Shown in pieces: positions 50,905 to 64,000 of a stretch of DNA of 64,000 bases (its first letter is position 1; each line of letters starts with the position of its first letter). The translations under genes and the position numbers were made by a program. The stretch comes from Eledone cirrhosa. Taxonomy: Eukaryota. Under the pieces are notes generated by a model. That model ran no database searches. It was given only the letters and a program-made list of their open reading frames with translations, and was not told the DNA's origin. The stretch is from contig OZ024763.1 of NCBI GenBank assembly GCA_964016885.1, positions 16,058,001 through 16,122,000 on the forward strand. The letters are read 5' to 3'.

Positions 50905-52619
50905 TGTATGTATATATATATATATGTATACATATACACAGACACATATATATTTATACTTTGGCAGAAGGTCAGAAATTATCCCAGTGTATTACTGGTG
51001 CTTTATTTTATCCTCCCCGTAAGGATGAAAGGCAAAACTAACGTCAGCAAGATTTAAACTCAGAACGTAAAGGGCCGTAACTCTATGCTGCGAAGCCCCT
51101 ATTAATAATGGTTACCCAGAAACTAAATCAACTCGGTACTTCCATCGTTGATAGTATTTGTAACTGATCCTAAACTGATGTCTGTCTATAGTCCTTGACA
51201 CGAGGACTTCATTGTGTCAAACTCGAAATATTGAACTCTATGCTGCAAAGCACGGTGTCTGACGCTCTACAGATTCTGCCAATGAATAATATGGTTCTGC
51301 CGTACGCAGTTTTTTTTCCTTTACCAGCCATTGATGAAGAATAACATTTGTAGCGGAATCTGTCCACACCTTGACCCCTGGGTAACACTTAACGGTCAAA
51401 TTCTGGGTTACCTCCTTTTTGGCGTAAACAAGTTGATGTGTGGTCGATCCCTCGAGGCAGGGAACAGAGGAAGCAACAGATATAAATAGCCTGTCTCAGA
51501 CCAAGCAAAGGCAGTTCGGAGCAGTTCCTGATAGAGTAACTATGTAAAACCTTTGCTTTCTACAGACCCCTTGGGGTCTACAGACTTCTACAGACCTTTA
51601 CTCTCTCTCTCCTGATCTTACAGGCTCTCACCTTCTCTGGCCACAGACTATTTCACCATACCAGCAATGACATCGTCAACCTTTACAACTCGTAGTAACC
51701 TATTCTTTGTTCAGTTATTAAATGAAGTGAAGAAAATTTTGTATCAAAACGGAACCATCTATTTTGTGTTATTTCACCTCTAATAACTGTTTCTACTTTT
51801 GGCACAAGGCCAGCAATTACCCAGTACATTACTGGTACTTTATTTTATCGACCCCGTAAGGATGAAAGGCAAAGTTTATAAAATAATTGTTTCTACTTTT
51901 GGCACAAGGCCAGCAATTACCCAGTACATTACTGGTACTTTATTTTATCGACCCCGTAAGGATGAAAGGCAAAGTTAACCTCGGAAGAATTTGAACTCAG
52001 ATTGTAAAGGGACGTAACTATGCTGGAAGGCATGTCCGACCCTCCACCGATACTGCCAATCCACCGCCCTATAATAACATTATCTAACCATTGTTTCGCT
52101 TCACATTGACTACGTCAACCACACGGTACTTGCGGGTGACTGGAAAGGTTACGGGCTTAGCCCTTTCCTTCGGATCATTCCAATCCAATCCAATCCAATC
52201 CAATCTAATCCAATCTAAAGGCGCGGGGCTTCGTGTGTGTCGAGTTCCTCGCGAAGGGTGGGGCCTTGGAAACTGACCACTGGTCTTTGATCTTTGATTT
52301 CGATCAGGCGAACGAAAACAGCCTGAGAGAGCAATGGTCTCATATAGAAGAAGAAGAAGAAGAAGAAGAAGAAGAAGAAAAAGAAGAAGAAGGCAAATAA
52401 GATGGCATGCTGGGATTTGGTCAGTTCTGTATGTATAACTTTTCAATTCCAATTACTTGCCCCAAGCTAACTTTGATATGTAAAATTGGGGGGTGGGGTG
52501 AATGGGTGCTGTGTATTCTAATTTTTTGTGTATAAGGTCCCCCCAAAACTGAAGTGTCTCGGTCCCTCCACACCAAGCTCTAAATCCAACCCTGCTCATC
52601 GTGGTGGGTGAACCCTAAA

Positions 52620-53460
52620 AATTGATCACTGATCTCGCTGATCTTTAATCTCGATCAGGCGAACAGCACACCCGCTGCCCTCTCGCTACGGTGCCGGCCG
52701 CTTTCCACGCCATGCTGCTCTCAACGATATCATAACACATAGCTTGGATGTTGCAGGCTACCTCTCCCAGCCCGAGCTGGCGGGACTGGACCGCGGGGAC
52801 GGCAAAAGGCCAGACGGCATGGCTGTCTTCTAGTTTCGCGGTAATAAACAACTCAACTGGGAGGCCACATCATGCAGCGACACATTCTCCAACGACAACC
52901 TGGTGCAGTCTGCGACTAGCCCAGGCTCTGCTGCACTTTGGGCCGAGGAGGGTAGGGTAAACTCTCCAAATATCGGTCGCTTTCCGACTGGTTTACATTC
53001 GAGCCCGTAGCAGTGAAGGCGCATGGCTTAGTGGTTAGAGCATTGGCCTTGCAATCGAAAGGTTGTGAGCTCAATTCTCAGACCGGGTCATGTGTTGTTT
53101 CCTTGAGCAAGACACTTTATTTCAAGTTGCTCCAGTTTATTCAGCTGTAGAAATGAGATGATAGGGACTGGGGTCCCTATCATTAAATTACCCAAGACAC
53201 CTCCAACGAGATACCTTGGAGGAGGCCAGCTAAACCAGCATAGGTGTGAGCTGCCACATCACACACAGTGGAGACGCCTGGTGTCCTTGGCCCTAGGACC
53301 ACCTCCATACTCACCCCCATTGGCACAGAGTTGGCTTCCCACAGGTGTGTGCCTCATGAGCTGGAAAGGCTCTTCCAGCACGTCTCCCTTGTCATCCTCC
53401 AGAGAAACTCCTCTATTCTGTCCGCCGGGACCGCGTGGCGGCCAGCACGTGGGCCCCCAT
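52620..53460 (+). mobile_element. Decayed CRE-like non-LTR retrotransposon fragment split by a SINE
   Basis: LDRGDGKRPDGM restriction-like endonuclease motif, FEPVAV, then LFQHVSLVILQRNSSIL. Confidence 0.6.
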
Positions 53461-53544
53461 TTACTCATAATAGTGAAAGATGAGGAGAGCGGGAAAGAGG
53501 GAGGCCGTGACAGTGGGAGTTTGGTTCCTTTGTGTTCGGACCTG

Positions 53545-53597
<53 letters not shown>

Positions 53598-53599
53598 AA

Positions 53600-53772
53600 C
53601 CTTGGTCTTCCTCTTCTAGTGTGTCCATGTAGGGGCTCCCAAAGGTTAACATATGTTGATGCCCTAAGGACAGACACTGGTCTGTTGGAGATGCAGGATA
53701 TGGCAGCGATAATGAGGGACAGAGACCGCTGGAGAGAACTCGTCCATGGATCTCGGGAATTTTACCCGCCTT

Positions 53773-53775
<3 letters not shown>
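53600..53775 (+). mobile_element. RTE-type LINE 3' fragment
   Basis: RLTYVDALRTDTGL..M.DRDRWRELV. Confidence 0.65.
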
Positions 53776-53808
<33 letters not shown>

Positions 53809-53814
<6 letters not shown>

Positions 53815-54402
53815 ATACTTTGGGAGGGTCATGTTGCCAATAAGAAACACACGCACCAGTTGCTTTCACTTCAATTTAATTTATTAAATATTTATAAATT
53901 TACAAATTTATAAATTTCTGGTTGGTTGGTTGGTTCCACAACCAGATAGTTGTTTATATATATATAGTCATAGTTCTTTCGTCACACACTCTGTGACCTC
54001 TTCAGTGACTGGGGATTTCTTTCTTCGTTTCTGTGCCTTTCCTTTCTTCTATCCTACGCCATATCCTACGCCATATTCTACGCCGAATATGGCGTAGGAT
54101 AGAAGAAAGGAAAGGCACAGAAACGAAGAAAGAAATCCCCAGTCACTGAAGAGGTCACAGAGTGTGTGACGAAAGAACTATGACTATATATATATATATA
54201 AACAACTATCTGGTTGTGGAACCAACCAACCAACCAGAAATTTATAAATTTGTAAATTTATAAATATTTAATAAATTAAATTGAAGTGAAAGCAACTGGT
54301 GCGTGTGTTTCTTATTGGCAACATGACTCTCCCAAAGTATAACAATATCGGTTTCAACACACGATTTCAGATAAAGAATCTTGCTAAACAAATTCAGAAA
54401 CG

Positions 54403-54405
<3 letters not shown>
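53809..54405. mobile_element. Young large foldback (53809-54070/54088-54345) with hammerheads at 53966-54010(-) and 54141-54185(+), plus tail
   Basis: Arms of about 260 bp, nearly identical; AGTCA-CTGAAGA-g-gtcaca/gagtg/tgtgac-GAAA-gaac-TA-TGACT; terminus also found at 35032-35092. Confidence 0.9.
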
Positions 54406-54446
<41 letters not shown>

Positions 54447-54890
54447 GTTTCACATTTCACAGAATACAAGAGAATACAGGTTTTATAAGTGACCACAACC
54501 TCAGACCGAATCATATACAAGAAGAAGAAGAAGAAGAAGAAGAAGAAGAGACGGGGACGGAGAAAGCAACAACCACAACAAGAAGACCAGAACTGACCAA
54601 ATCCCAGCATGCCATTCGTCGTTGAAAAAGCAATGGACGCCGAGTCTTTGAACTGCCAAGCTGAGGCGTTTCATTGCTGATTTCGCTAAAATGGTGTCAT
54701 TTATATAGTTGTGTAGTTGTGTGTGCGTGCGTGTGCGTGTGTGTGTGTACTTGTATATGTATATATATATATATATGTGTGAGTGTGTGTACGTGTATAT
54801 GTATATATATATATGAGTGCGTATGTGTATACATGTATATATGTATGTGTGTGCGTGTATACGTATATATATATATATATATATACATAC

Positions 54891-54937
<47 letters not shown>

Positions 54938-55043
54938 TGTACACATATGTATATATATATATGTATATGTATGTATCTCTCTATATATATGTACGTATGT
55001 GTATGTCAATATACATGTAGATGTATGTATGTGTAGACCAGTG

Positions 55044-55092
<49 letters not shown>

Positions 55093-55095
55093 ATG

Positions 55096-55150
<55 letters not shown>

Positions 55151-55216
55151 TATATATATATACATATATATATGTGTGTATATATACATATATATATATA
55201 CATATATATGTATACA

Positions 55217-55294
<78 letters not shown>

Positions 55295-55835
55295 TGTGTG
55301 TGTGTGTGTATGTGTGTGTGTGCGTGCGTGTGTTTTAAGGTATTTTTTTTTCGTTTTTCTTTTCCCTTCGTTCTTTTATTTGTCTAATGATTATATTTTA
55401 GTTCTTATACTCTTATACACATAAATATATATATACATATAAATATATATTCTACACACACATATATATATATATGTTTATACATACATATATGTGTGTA
55501 TATATATATATAATCTTACTGTCTTTAGAGACCAGACTCTTATCTATGAAAATTTCAACACCTTGAGCTGATACATTCACTAAACTAACACCCTTGTAAG
55601 AGATTCGATATTTTTTTCCCTGTTTCTTATACGTATGTATGTATGTATGTACGTGTTTATGTATGTATGTATGTATGTATGTATGTATGTATGTATGTAT
55701 GTATGTACGTATGTACGTATGTATGTATGTATGTATGTATGTATGTATGTATATATCTATGTATGTATGTACGTGTGTGTGTGTCTATATGTACCTATGT
55801 GTGTATGTATGTATATATATAGGTGTACATACCTG

Positions 55836-55866
<31 letters not shown>

Positions 55867-55904
55867 GCATACAGGTATGTACACCTATATATATATACAT
55901 ACAT

Positions 55905-55949
<45 letters not shown>

Positions 55950-56022
55950 CATATATATAAATTCAAAACATATTTGTAATGTTATTCAACTGTATATTTA
56001 TACAATTGTAAATAAAAAAAAA

Positions 56023-56071
<49 letters not shown>

Positions 56072-56198
56072 AGGAATAATAATTATGAAGACCAAATTCC
56101 GAAGAGGGCTCGATAAGGATTATATATATAATTTTCAAAAGATCCCGTAAAAGGGTGAAAGCAGCGATTCTTTGCTTAAACTTTAATCTGTACTACCA

Positions 56199-56332
<134 letters not shown>

Positions 56333-56441
56333 GATAAATCTACCAAGAGTTTACGGTAGTGTCCAATCCGTATGAAGAACTCAATGTAATCCGGATATCA
56401 TGGAAAGAAGAGATGCAATGAAAAATCACTTTCGGTGAAAG

Positions 56442-56493
<52 letters not shown>

Positions 56494-56569
56494 GCATGCA
56501 CATATACGTATATGTATATATATGTATTTGGGTTTTCGTTTCAATATCTCAGTATATGAAGTGTCAATG

Positions 56570-56900
56570 CATTTGTGATTGTCGTTCTCGACCCCGCCCC
56601 ACTCGCGTCATACCTGGGCGGGTGGATACACATACGATTAAAGACTTCTGTCATGGCCACCAAGTTTTTTTGTTTGTTTTTAAGGCATGTTGTATTTATT
56701 TAAATCTTATATATTTTATGTCAGATATTTTTGTGGAAAAAAAAAAATAGCGTCGTTTCAAAACTGATTCCAACGGGCCAATTACGGAGAATGCTTTTAC
56801 CCTCTTGTCAGCCGAGAGCAGCACTTCTGCCCGCTTGCCCTCTTGCTCTCTTGCTCTCTTGTCCTAGGCCCAAAGCCCTATCACCCTCGCCCTTCACCTC
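56570..56900 (+). promoter_or_regulatory. Possible promoter region
   Basis: Local CpG enrichment, GC boxes CCCCGCCC and GGGCGGG, GGCCAAT; upstream of the 61231 ORF; no transcript evidence. Confidence 0.3.
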
Positions 56901-57016
56901 TCCCATCTCTTCTGCCACACCAGAGCTATTGCCACTCCCCCCGTTCTTTTTCTTCTTTCTTTCTCTCTTTTTTTCTACATTTCCCTATTCTTTCTTTCCT
57001 TTTGTTTTCCACCCCC

Positions 57017-57069
<53 letters not shown>

Positions 57070-57509
57070 GGCAGTATCGGTAGAGGGTCGGACGCCATGC
57101 TTTGACGCATAGAGTTACGGCCCTTGCCATTCTGAGTTCAAATCCCGCCCGAGGTTAACTTTGCCTTTCATCCTTACGGGGGTCGATAAAATAAAGTACC
57201 AGTAATGTACTGGGTAATTGCTGGTCTTGTGCCAATAGTAGAAACAATTATTATTATTAAGGGCAGTATCGGTAGAGGGTTGGACGCCATGCTTTCTAGC
57301 ATAGTTACGTCCCTTTACGGTCTGAGTTCAAACCCTGCCGAGGTCGACTTTGCCTTTCATCCTTACGGGTCGATAAAATAGAGTACCAGTAATGTACTGG
57401 GTAATTGCTGACCTTGTGCCAAAAGTAGAAACAATTATTATTATTATTATTTCTATATTACAGGTTGAAATGAAAGTAAAATCGAATGAAATAATTTCTT
57501 ATAGTTCCT

Positions 57510-59725
57510 ACATATGCAGGTTTAGCTGACCTCATAGGGGGTTTCATCTTATAGAAGGTTTCTTGGGTGTTGTAATGACAGGAGTCTTTGTCTTATCATG
57601 TTGCTATAGCTCACATTTAGCTGACCTCACACGACCTCACACGAGGGTGTCTTATAGAAACTTTCTTGGTTGTTTTAAGGATAGGAGCCCCAGTCTGACG
57701 TTGTTGTTACAGATCACGCCAATACATGTTTAGCTGATCTCTTACGAGGTTGTATCGCATAGAAGCTTTCTTAGGTTTTTTTAATGATAGGAGACCCGGC
57801 CCTATCTTGTTGTTACAGCTCACATTTATGCAGCTTTACCTGACCTTTTTACGAGGTCAGAAACTTTCTTGGTTGTTTTAAGGATAGGATCTCCAGTCCT
57901 ACCATGTTATCGTTTCAGCTTACACAAATCAGGTTAAGCTGACCTCTTACGATGTTGAATCTTATAGAAGCTTAGGTCTTTTAATGCTAGGAGACCCGGT
58001 CCTATCCTGTTGTTATAGCTCACATTTATGCAGCTTTAGTTGACCTACGAGGTTTCATGGTTGTTTTAATGATAGGAACCCCAGTCCTATCATGTTGCTA
58101 CAGCTCACACCTATGTAGGTTTAGCTCTGGCTTCTAACGAGATTGTATAGCATAGAAACTTTCTTAGATCTTTTAATGATAGGAGACCCGGTCCTATCTT
58201 GTTGTTACAGCTCACATTTATGCAGCTTTAGTTGACCTCCTACGAGGTTATATCTAATAGAAGCTTAAGTCTTTTAATGATAGGAGACTCGGTCCTATCT
58301 TGCTACAGCTCACATGTATGCAGCTTTAGCTGACCTTTACGAGGTCAGAAACTTTCTTGGTTGTTTTAATGATAAGAGACCCGGTCATATCCTTGTTATA
58401 GCTCACATTTATGCAGTTTTAGCTGACCTCCTACGAGATTTCATGGTTGTTTTAATAATAGGAACCCCACCCCAGGTCCGACCATGTTATTGTTACAGCT
58501 CACGCCAATGTAGGGTTAGCTGACCTCATACGAGGCTGCATCTTATAGAAGGTTTCATGGGAGTTTTAATAATAGGAATCCCTGTCCTATCATGTTGTTA
58601 CATGTCACACTTATATAGGTTTAGCTGGTCTCCTACGAGGTTGTATCTTATAAAAGGTTTCGTGTGTGTTTTGATGATAAGAAGTTCTATCATGTTACAG
58701 ATCCTACAAATGTAGGTTTGACTGGCTTCCAATGAAGTTATATTTCATAGGTTTTTCGGGAGTTTCAATAATAGTCCTATCATGTTAGTGTTACAGCTCA
58801 CTCCTATGCAAGTTTAGCTGACCTCCTACAAGGCTGTATCTTATCAAAAGTTTCTTGGGTGTTTTAATGATACGTGCCCCACCCCTATCCTGTTTTTGTT
58901 GTTACAATTCACACCTTTGTAGGTTTAGCTCTGGGTTCTAACGAAATTGTTTCGCTTAGAAGGTTTTTTGGGGGTTTTAATAAGGGGTATTAAGTTCTAT
59001 CATGTTGTTGTTGTTGTTACAGCTCACACCTTTGTAGGTTTAACTCTGGCTTCTAACGAGATTGTATCTTACAGAAGTTTTCTTGGGTGTTTTAATGGTA
59101 GGAGCCCCAGTCCTATCATGTTGTTACAGCTCACACATATATAGGTTCAGCTGTCCTCCTACGAGGTTGTATCTTATAGAATGTTTTTGGTTGTTTTAAT
59201 GATAACAGTACTAGTCCTATCATGTTGTTAGAACCCCCACATATCTAGGTTTGACTAGCTTCCAATTAGGTTGTATTTTATTGGAGGGTTTTCGTGTGTT
59301 TTAATGATAGGGTCTCCAGTAACCATATGGTTACGACTCACAGTTATATAGATTTAGCTAGCCTCCTACGATGTTATATCTTATAAAAGGTTTCTTGGTT
59401 GTTTTAATGATAGGAACCTCAGTCCTATCATGTTTTTGTTACAGCTCACACCTTTGTGGGTTTAATTGATCTCCTTCGAGGTTGTATTCCATAAGAGGTT
59501 TCTCAGATGTTTTAATGATAGGAACCCAGGTCCAATCACGTTGTTGTTTTTATTGTTAAAACCCACACCTATGTAGCTTTTGCTGGCTTCCAACAAAGTT
59601 GTTTCTCATATGGTTCTTTTCGTGTGTTTTAATGATGGGGTTTCCAGTCACCTTATGCTTACTACCCACGTCTATATAGGTTTAGCTAACCCCTACGAGG
59701 TTATATCTTATCAAAGGTTTCTGAA
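57510..59725. repeat. Old degenerate tandem array (unit about 95 bp)
   Basis: Recurrent TTTAGCTGACCTC..ACGAGGTT..TCTTATAGAA..TTTTAATGATAGGAG..CCTATCATGTTGTTACAGCTCAC. Confidence 0.9.
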
Positions 59726-60020
59726 TAAAGTCTCAAGAAAGCTGCAGTATTATTAACAGTCCTTACTCAACTCGTGACTATTGGCTTGCAATATATACTG
59801 GGCCATTTATATCATTATTCATTATTTTAAAGGCGGTAGATTGGCAGTATCAGTAGAGCATACGGCCCTTTATGGTCTGAGTTCAAATCCCGCCGAGGTT
59901 AACTTTGCCTTTCATCCTTACGGGGTCGATAAAATAAAGTACCAGTAATGCACTGGGATAATTGTTGGCCTTGTGCCAAAAGTAGAAACAATTATTCATT
60001 GATGTATGTATAGTATATTT

Positions 60021-60232
60021 GGAAATATACTGTATGTTTAATTAAAAACATTTAGAAGACCATTCGCTATGAGCTTTTAAGTAGTGACTATGTCACTTAC
60101 TTATTCTCGGCAAAAGCAACAGAGAGCGGCCTGTTGTTTTTGCCGAGAAGAAGTAAGTGACAAGGTCACTACTTAAAAACTCATAGCGAATGGTCTTCTA
60201 AATGTTTTTAATTAAGCATACAGTATATTGCC
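60021..60232. mobile_element. Foldback (60021-60122/60131-60232) with a possible decayed hammerhead
   Basis: Arms of about 100 bp; TTTGC-cgaGAAGA-agtaagtgac/aag/gtcactactt-AAAA-actca-TA-GCGAA. Confidence 0.7.
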
Positions 60233-60529
60233 AATACATACATTCATGTATACATCGCTATTTCAGAGCACCAAAACTAATACCTAATTATTCATTATTT
60301 TAAGGAAATTTTAAAAGTGTCCAAATCTTAAAGGCTGGTCCCATGTCACTGTGTTAAATATTTTCTAAGTCCGAGAAACATTTGTATTGTAATGGAACTA
60401 TTTTAAAACATTTTATGAGTGTTTTAAGTTTTTAAGTTTTTTTTAACAATAATTCTTTTCCCCATGTAAGCGCATGTATTATTTGACAAAATATAAACTT
60501 ACTGCACGAAATGAGATTTAGAACTGAAT

Positions 60530-60870
60530 GAACAGGGATCAACTGCACGAACAAGGATAAACTGTACAAACAGGGATCAACTGTACAAACAGGGATCAAC
60601 TGCTGAAACGGGAATCAACTGCACAAGTAGGGATCAACTGCACAAACAGGAACCAATTGTACAAAACAGGGATCAACTGCACAAGCAAGGATCAATTGCA
60701 CAAGCAAAGATCAACTGCACAAGCAGGGATCAACTGATTAAGCAAGGATCAACTGCACAAGCAAGAATCAACTGCACAAGCAAGGATCAACTGCACAAAC
60801 AAGGATCAACTGCACAAGCAAGGATCAACTGCACAAGCAAGGATCAACTGTACAAGCAAGGATCAACTGC
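60530..60870. repeat. About 19-bp tandem repeat
   Basis: CAAGGATCAACTGCACAAG units. Confidence 0.9.
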
Positions 60871-61230
60871 ATGTTCGAATAACCCCTATGGTGGTGGTGA
60901 TGGTGTAGGGGGTTCTATTCTTAAATTGAGTTTCCTTCTTGAGTAAGACACTTCATTTCACGTTGCTCCAGTATACTCAGCTGAAAATAAGTACCAGCAG
61001 CAATAGCTGGGAGTTTAACACTGCGAAAGACTGGGGTCCAGTCCATGTGGGCTGGTGAGGTTTGTGCTCGTTGTCACTTTACACCACGGAAACCAGGATG
61101 AGCACCGGCCTGATGTACCTCCGAGTTCGAGACAGACTTTAGAGACTTCTTACTGGGGGTGGATGGGGGTTCCTCTTGTTACAATACGATAAATATAACT
61201 GAACTATTTATATTTTTTCAGATTTGAACA

Positions 61231-63417
61231 ATGAAAAGACTGCGTTCCAAAGCAAACCCAGCAGACGACCCTGACTATTTGACAAAAACCTATTTCCCAG
61301 GAGTGTCTAATGTTCTCGAGATCAAAGCAGATAACCAAAAGAAAGAACGCCAGCCGGCAAAACCCAGTCCCTACTGTGCTAAGAAGTGTAAGACGACAGT
61401 TGGTCGTGGTAGTTGCAGTCAAGCCCCTTTCAAAGACTTCAAGTTAGGTAAAAAATATCAGAGAGAAACCCCATCCAATCTTGATATGCAGATGAAAAGT
61501 TACCAGCGGCCCGAGCCAAATCTTATGAAAACGGACTCCGGCGATGTTGACAATGGCAAAATCTGTGGTGATAGTGGTAACTTTGACACGATAGAAAACT
61601 CGCTTGGTAAGCAGCAACAGCAACAACAGCAACAACAGCAACAACAACAACAACAACAACAGCAACAACAGCAACAGCAACATCAACAGCAACAGCCGCC
61701 ACAGCAGCACATCGACCTGTGCCAAGTTGAAATAGATGTAAGACAAAGTTCAAAAGGTATGGGTTTATTGGTTGAAGAGGAGGTTAGTAACAACTGCAAC
61801 AACAATAATTCTGAAACGTCGTTGATTCACATTAAACAGGAAGAAGAACACAACGAAGAAATGATCCGAAACGAAGTTTTTGACATTGTCAACTACCAAG
61901 AAAAATATAATATATGCTCAGCGTTAAAATTTGAACTCCCCGATTTAAATTCGAACAATTTGAAACCAGCGTCAGCACCATCCCCTGACATGTCTTGCGA
62001 TTACATATCAAATACTGGCGATAAAAATTACTTCAATGCCGGCAGCAGAATTCCAACATGTCTACCTCAATCGGAACCAGAAGAATGTAAGTTCTTTGAA
62101 GGTCAGTCTAATTTGTCAGTTATTCCCGAAGAAGAAAAGTTGAAAGATAATATTTACGACGTCGAAGTTCAACAAAGTGAGATAGAAAGCAATAATGCGC
62201 CATCACAGTATAGCAACAAGGACTCGTGCCTTCGTTTGCTGCTGTCGGGAGAGGGTGAAGACAACACACACAGTACAATGATAAATCCTTGCACCAATAC
62301 TTCAAACCCTTCACCCGGATTAGCACCTATGCTGTCTGTCTCAACCCATTCTACTCAACAGAATTTTAACTATCTACCCGTCCCACAAAATTTTCCCGCT
62401 GGTCAAGAGTTTTCCAATATGAATCTTCCCAAGAACAACCAAGAAATCCCGTGGATGCCTCTCGGACTCCCGACACAGCCACCATCTTCCGTTAGTCCCG
62501 ACTGGAACACTCATTATCTTTGTTCAAGTTCTCAGCTCCCGTACAACACACCTTTACCATCCTATTCACACCACTTCCCCCTGGGGAATCCTCCCGGAAG
62601 ATGTTGGAACCAAAATGTACCAGCCTATAAACAGAATCTCCAATCGCCAAACAATTCGTTTTCTGACCTCAACGTCATGTCTGGACCATTCATGAAAACC
62701 CCTCAAAATTGCTACCTCTTACACTCCATGCTTCACTCTTCTCCGCCTTACTCTTTTCTACCCAATCAAAAACCATTTGCAACAAATTTAAATATTCAAG
62801 ATTTACCTTCTAAATCGAAATCGTATCAAAATGTCAACGATTTACCCGTTGGCTTGCCTTGCACAGGACCGCCTAGCTCGAAAAAGCTTCCCTTTACAGA
62901 CAATGAAATACAAGAGGAGTGCCTTTTAAAAGAAAATGCCAAGTCACAGGACAACTTTTGCATCACCATTTTAGCAGCGGACGTCAAACTCATCGACCAC
63001 CATAGAACCAAGGAATACTTCCCTGTGTTTCAAAACCACGAAATCCCAAAGACTCTATCCGGCTCTCCGAAAGTCGAATTCATTTTGAGCAAATACATAG
63101 ATTTTTTGCTGCTGGAAAACGAAGGGATCACGGAAATATCCAAAGCGTTCACACCAGCGACGCGTTTGTTCTCGGACGAAGACGAATACGTACTGGACGT
63201 GGCGGACAAGAAAATTAACTTCCCTTCCATCAAATTCGTAGAATTCATGCAAAGACATTTCCCAGATATCAACATGCAGTCGATCAACTTTCTGATTGGC
63301 CCCTTTCACTTCACGTCAGCTCAGAAGCTGGACACCAACGAGAAAATCATGCAGGATTCCTTTTTCCATTTCCAGCAACTGAGAACACGGATGAGGGAAA
63401 ATCTCGCAGCTTTTTGA
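61231..63417 (+). CDS. 728-aa uncharacterised protein with polyQ, in one large exon
   Basis: Long non-repetitive open frame; acceptor TTTTTTCAG 9 nt before the ATG; Q-run, Pro/Ser/Asn-rich middle, globular-looking C-terminus; AATAAA near 63653. Confidence 0.85.
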   Translation: MKRLRSKANPADDPDYLTKTYFPGVSNVLEIKADNQKKERQPAKPSPYCAKKCKTTVGRGSCSQAPFKDFKLGKKYQRETPSNLDMQMKSYQRPEPNLMKTDSGDVDNGKICGDSGNFDTIENSLGKQQQQQQQQQQQQQQQQQQQQQQQHQQQQPPQQHIDLCQVEIDVRQSSKGMGLLVEEEVSNNCNNNNSETSLIHIKQEEEHNEEMIRNEVFDIVNYQEKYNICSALKFELPDLNSNNLKPASAPSPDMSCDYISNTGDKNYFNAGSRIPTCLPQSEPEECKFFEGQSNLSVIPEEEKLKDNIYDVEVQQSEIESNNAPSQYSNKDSCLRLLLSGEGEDNTHSTMINPCTNTSNPSPGLAPMLSVSTHSTQQNFNYLPVPQNFPAGQEFSNMNLPKNNQEIPWMPLGLPTQPPSSVSPDWNTHYLCSSSQLPYNTPLPSYSHHFPLGNPPGRCWNQNVPAYKQNLQSPNNSFSDLNVMSGPFMKTPQNCYLLHSMLHSSPPYSFLPNQKPFATNLNIQDLPSKSKSYQNVNDLPVGLPCTGPPSSKKLPFTDNEIQEECLLKENAKSQDNFCITILAADVKLIDHHRTKEYFPVFQNHEIPKTLSGSPKVEFILSKYIDFLLLENEGITEISKAFTPATRLFSDEDEYVLDVADKKINFPSIKFVEFMQRHFPDINMQSINFLIGPFHFTSAQKLDTNEKIMQDSFFHFQQLRTRMRENLAAF

Positions 63418-63678
63418 TTTATCAATACTTCCCTAACTTAGACAGACTGACTGGTGGCCGCCATCTTCCGATCAAACCGTTACAACTATTGCCAGTGCCA
63501 TTGCTATTGCAACAATAATTATAATAATAATAATGATAATAATGATAATAATAGTAAAAAAAAATCTCATAATGGTAAAAAAACAACAGTAATTAATAAT
63601 TATAACTATTATTCTTAATATCATTATCATCTCATTCGTCGGCATTGTGGAAAAATAAAAGAATCGATTATTATCATA

Positions 63679-63709
<31 letters not shown>

Positions 63710-63779
63710 TTACTACTACTACTACTACTACTACTATCACCACCACCACCACCACCACCACCACTACTACTACTACTAA

Positions 63780-64000
63780 AGGCGATGGATTGGCAGAATC
63801 GGTGGAGCGCCGGACAGGATTGTTCGCGGCACAGAGTTACGGCCCTTTACGTTCTGAGCTCAAATCCTTCCGAGGTTAACTTTGCCTTTCATCCTTACAG
63901 GGGGTCGATAAAATAAAGTACCAGTAATGGACTGGGGTCGATTTAATCGACTTTCCCCTCCCCCAAAATTACTGGCCTTGTGCCTATACTAGAAATCATT
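63780..64000 (+). mobile_element. Full-length tRNA-derived SINE (other copies at 51780-52070, 57070-57430, 59830-59995)
   Basis: TGGCAGAATCGGTGGAGC, GAGCTCAAATCC, GCCTTTCATCCTTACAGGGGGTCGATAAAATAAAGTACCAG. Confidence 0.85.

Noticed and set aside
51290-51788. Possible solo LTR with a TATA-like TATAAATAG
   Set aside because: No TG..CA ends or target duplication identified

Overview
Eukaryotic, AT-rich, microsatellite-dense DNA. The (TA)n load and SINE types suggest an octopus-like cephalopod (inference). Host genes: an 8-exon minus-strand gene (23078-38754, about 634 aa, N-terminal hydrophobic signal, PPDFDDT motif), the last exon of a degenerate Rab-like GTPase (6119-6374) and a 728-aa polyQ ORF (61231-63417). 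The rest is TE debris (RTE, CRE-like and R4-like LINE pieces, tRNA-SINEs, a mariner, Helitron-like elements, MITEs) and tandem arrays, several copied from internal pieces of those TEs. The main hidden signal is about 20 type-I hammerhead ribozyme motifs at about 17 loci. Most have palindromic stem III and many lie in foldback elements inserted in (TA)n. Two sit at the 3' ends of Penelope-like GIY-YIG elements. Their single-copy tails share a GAG(T/C)(A/G)CT motif. Coordinates were counted by hand and may be off by a few bases.
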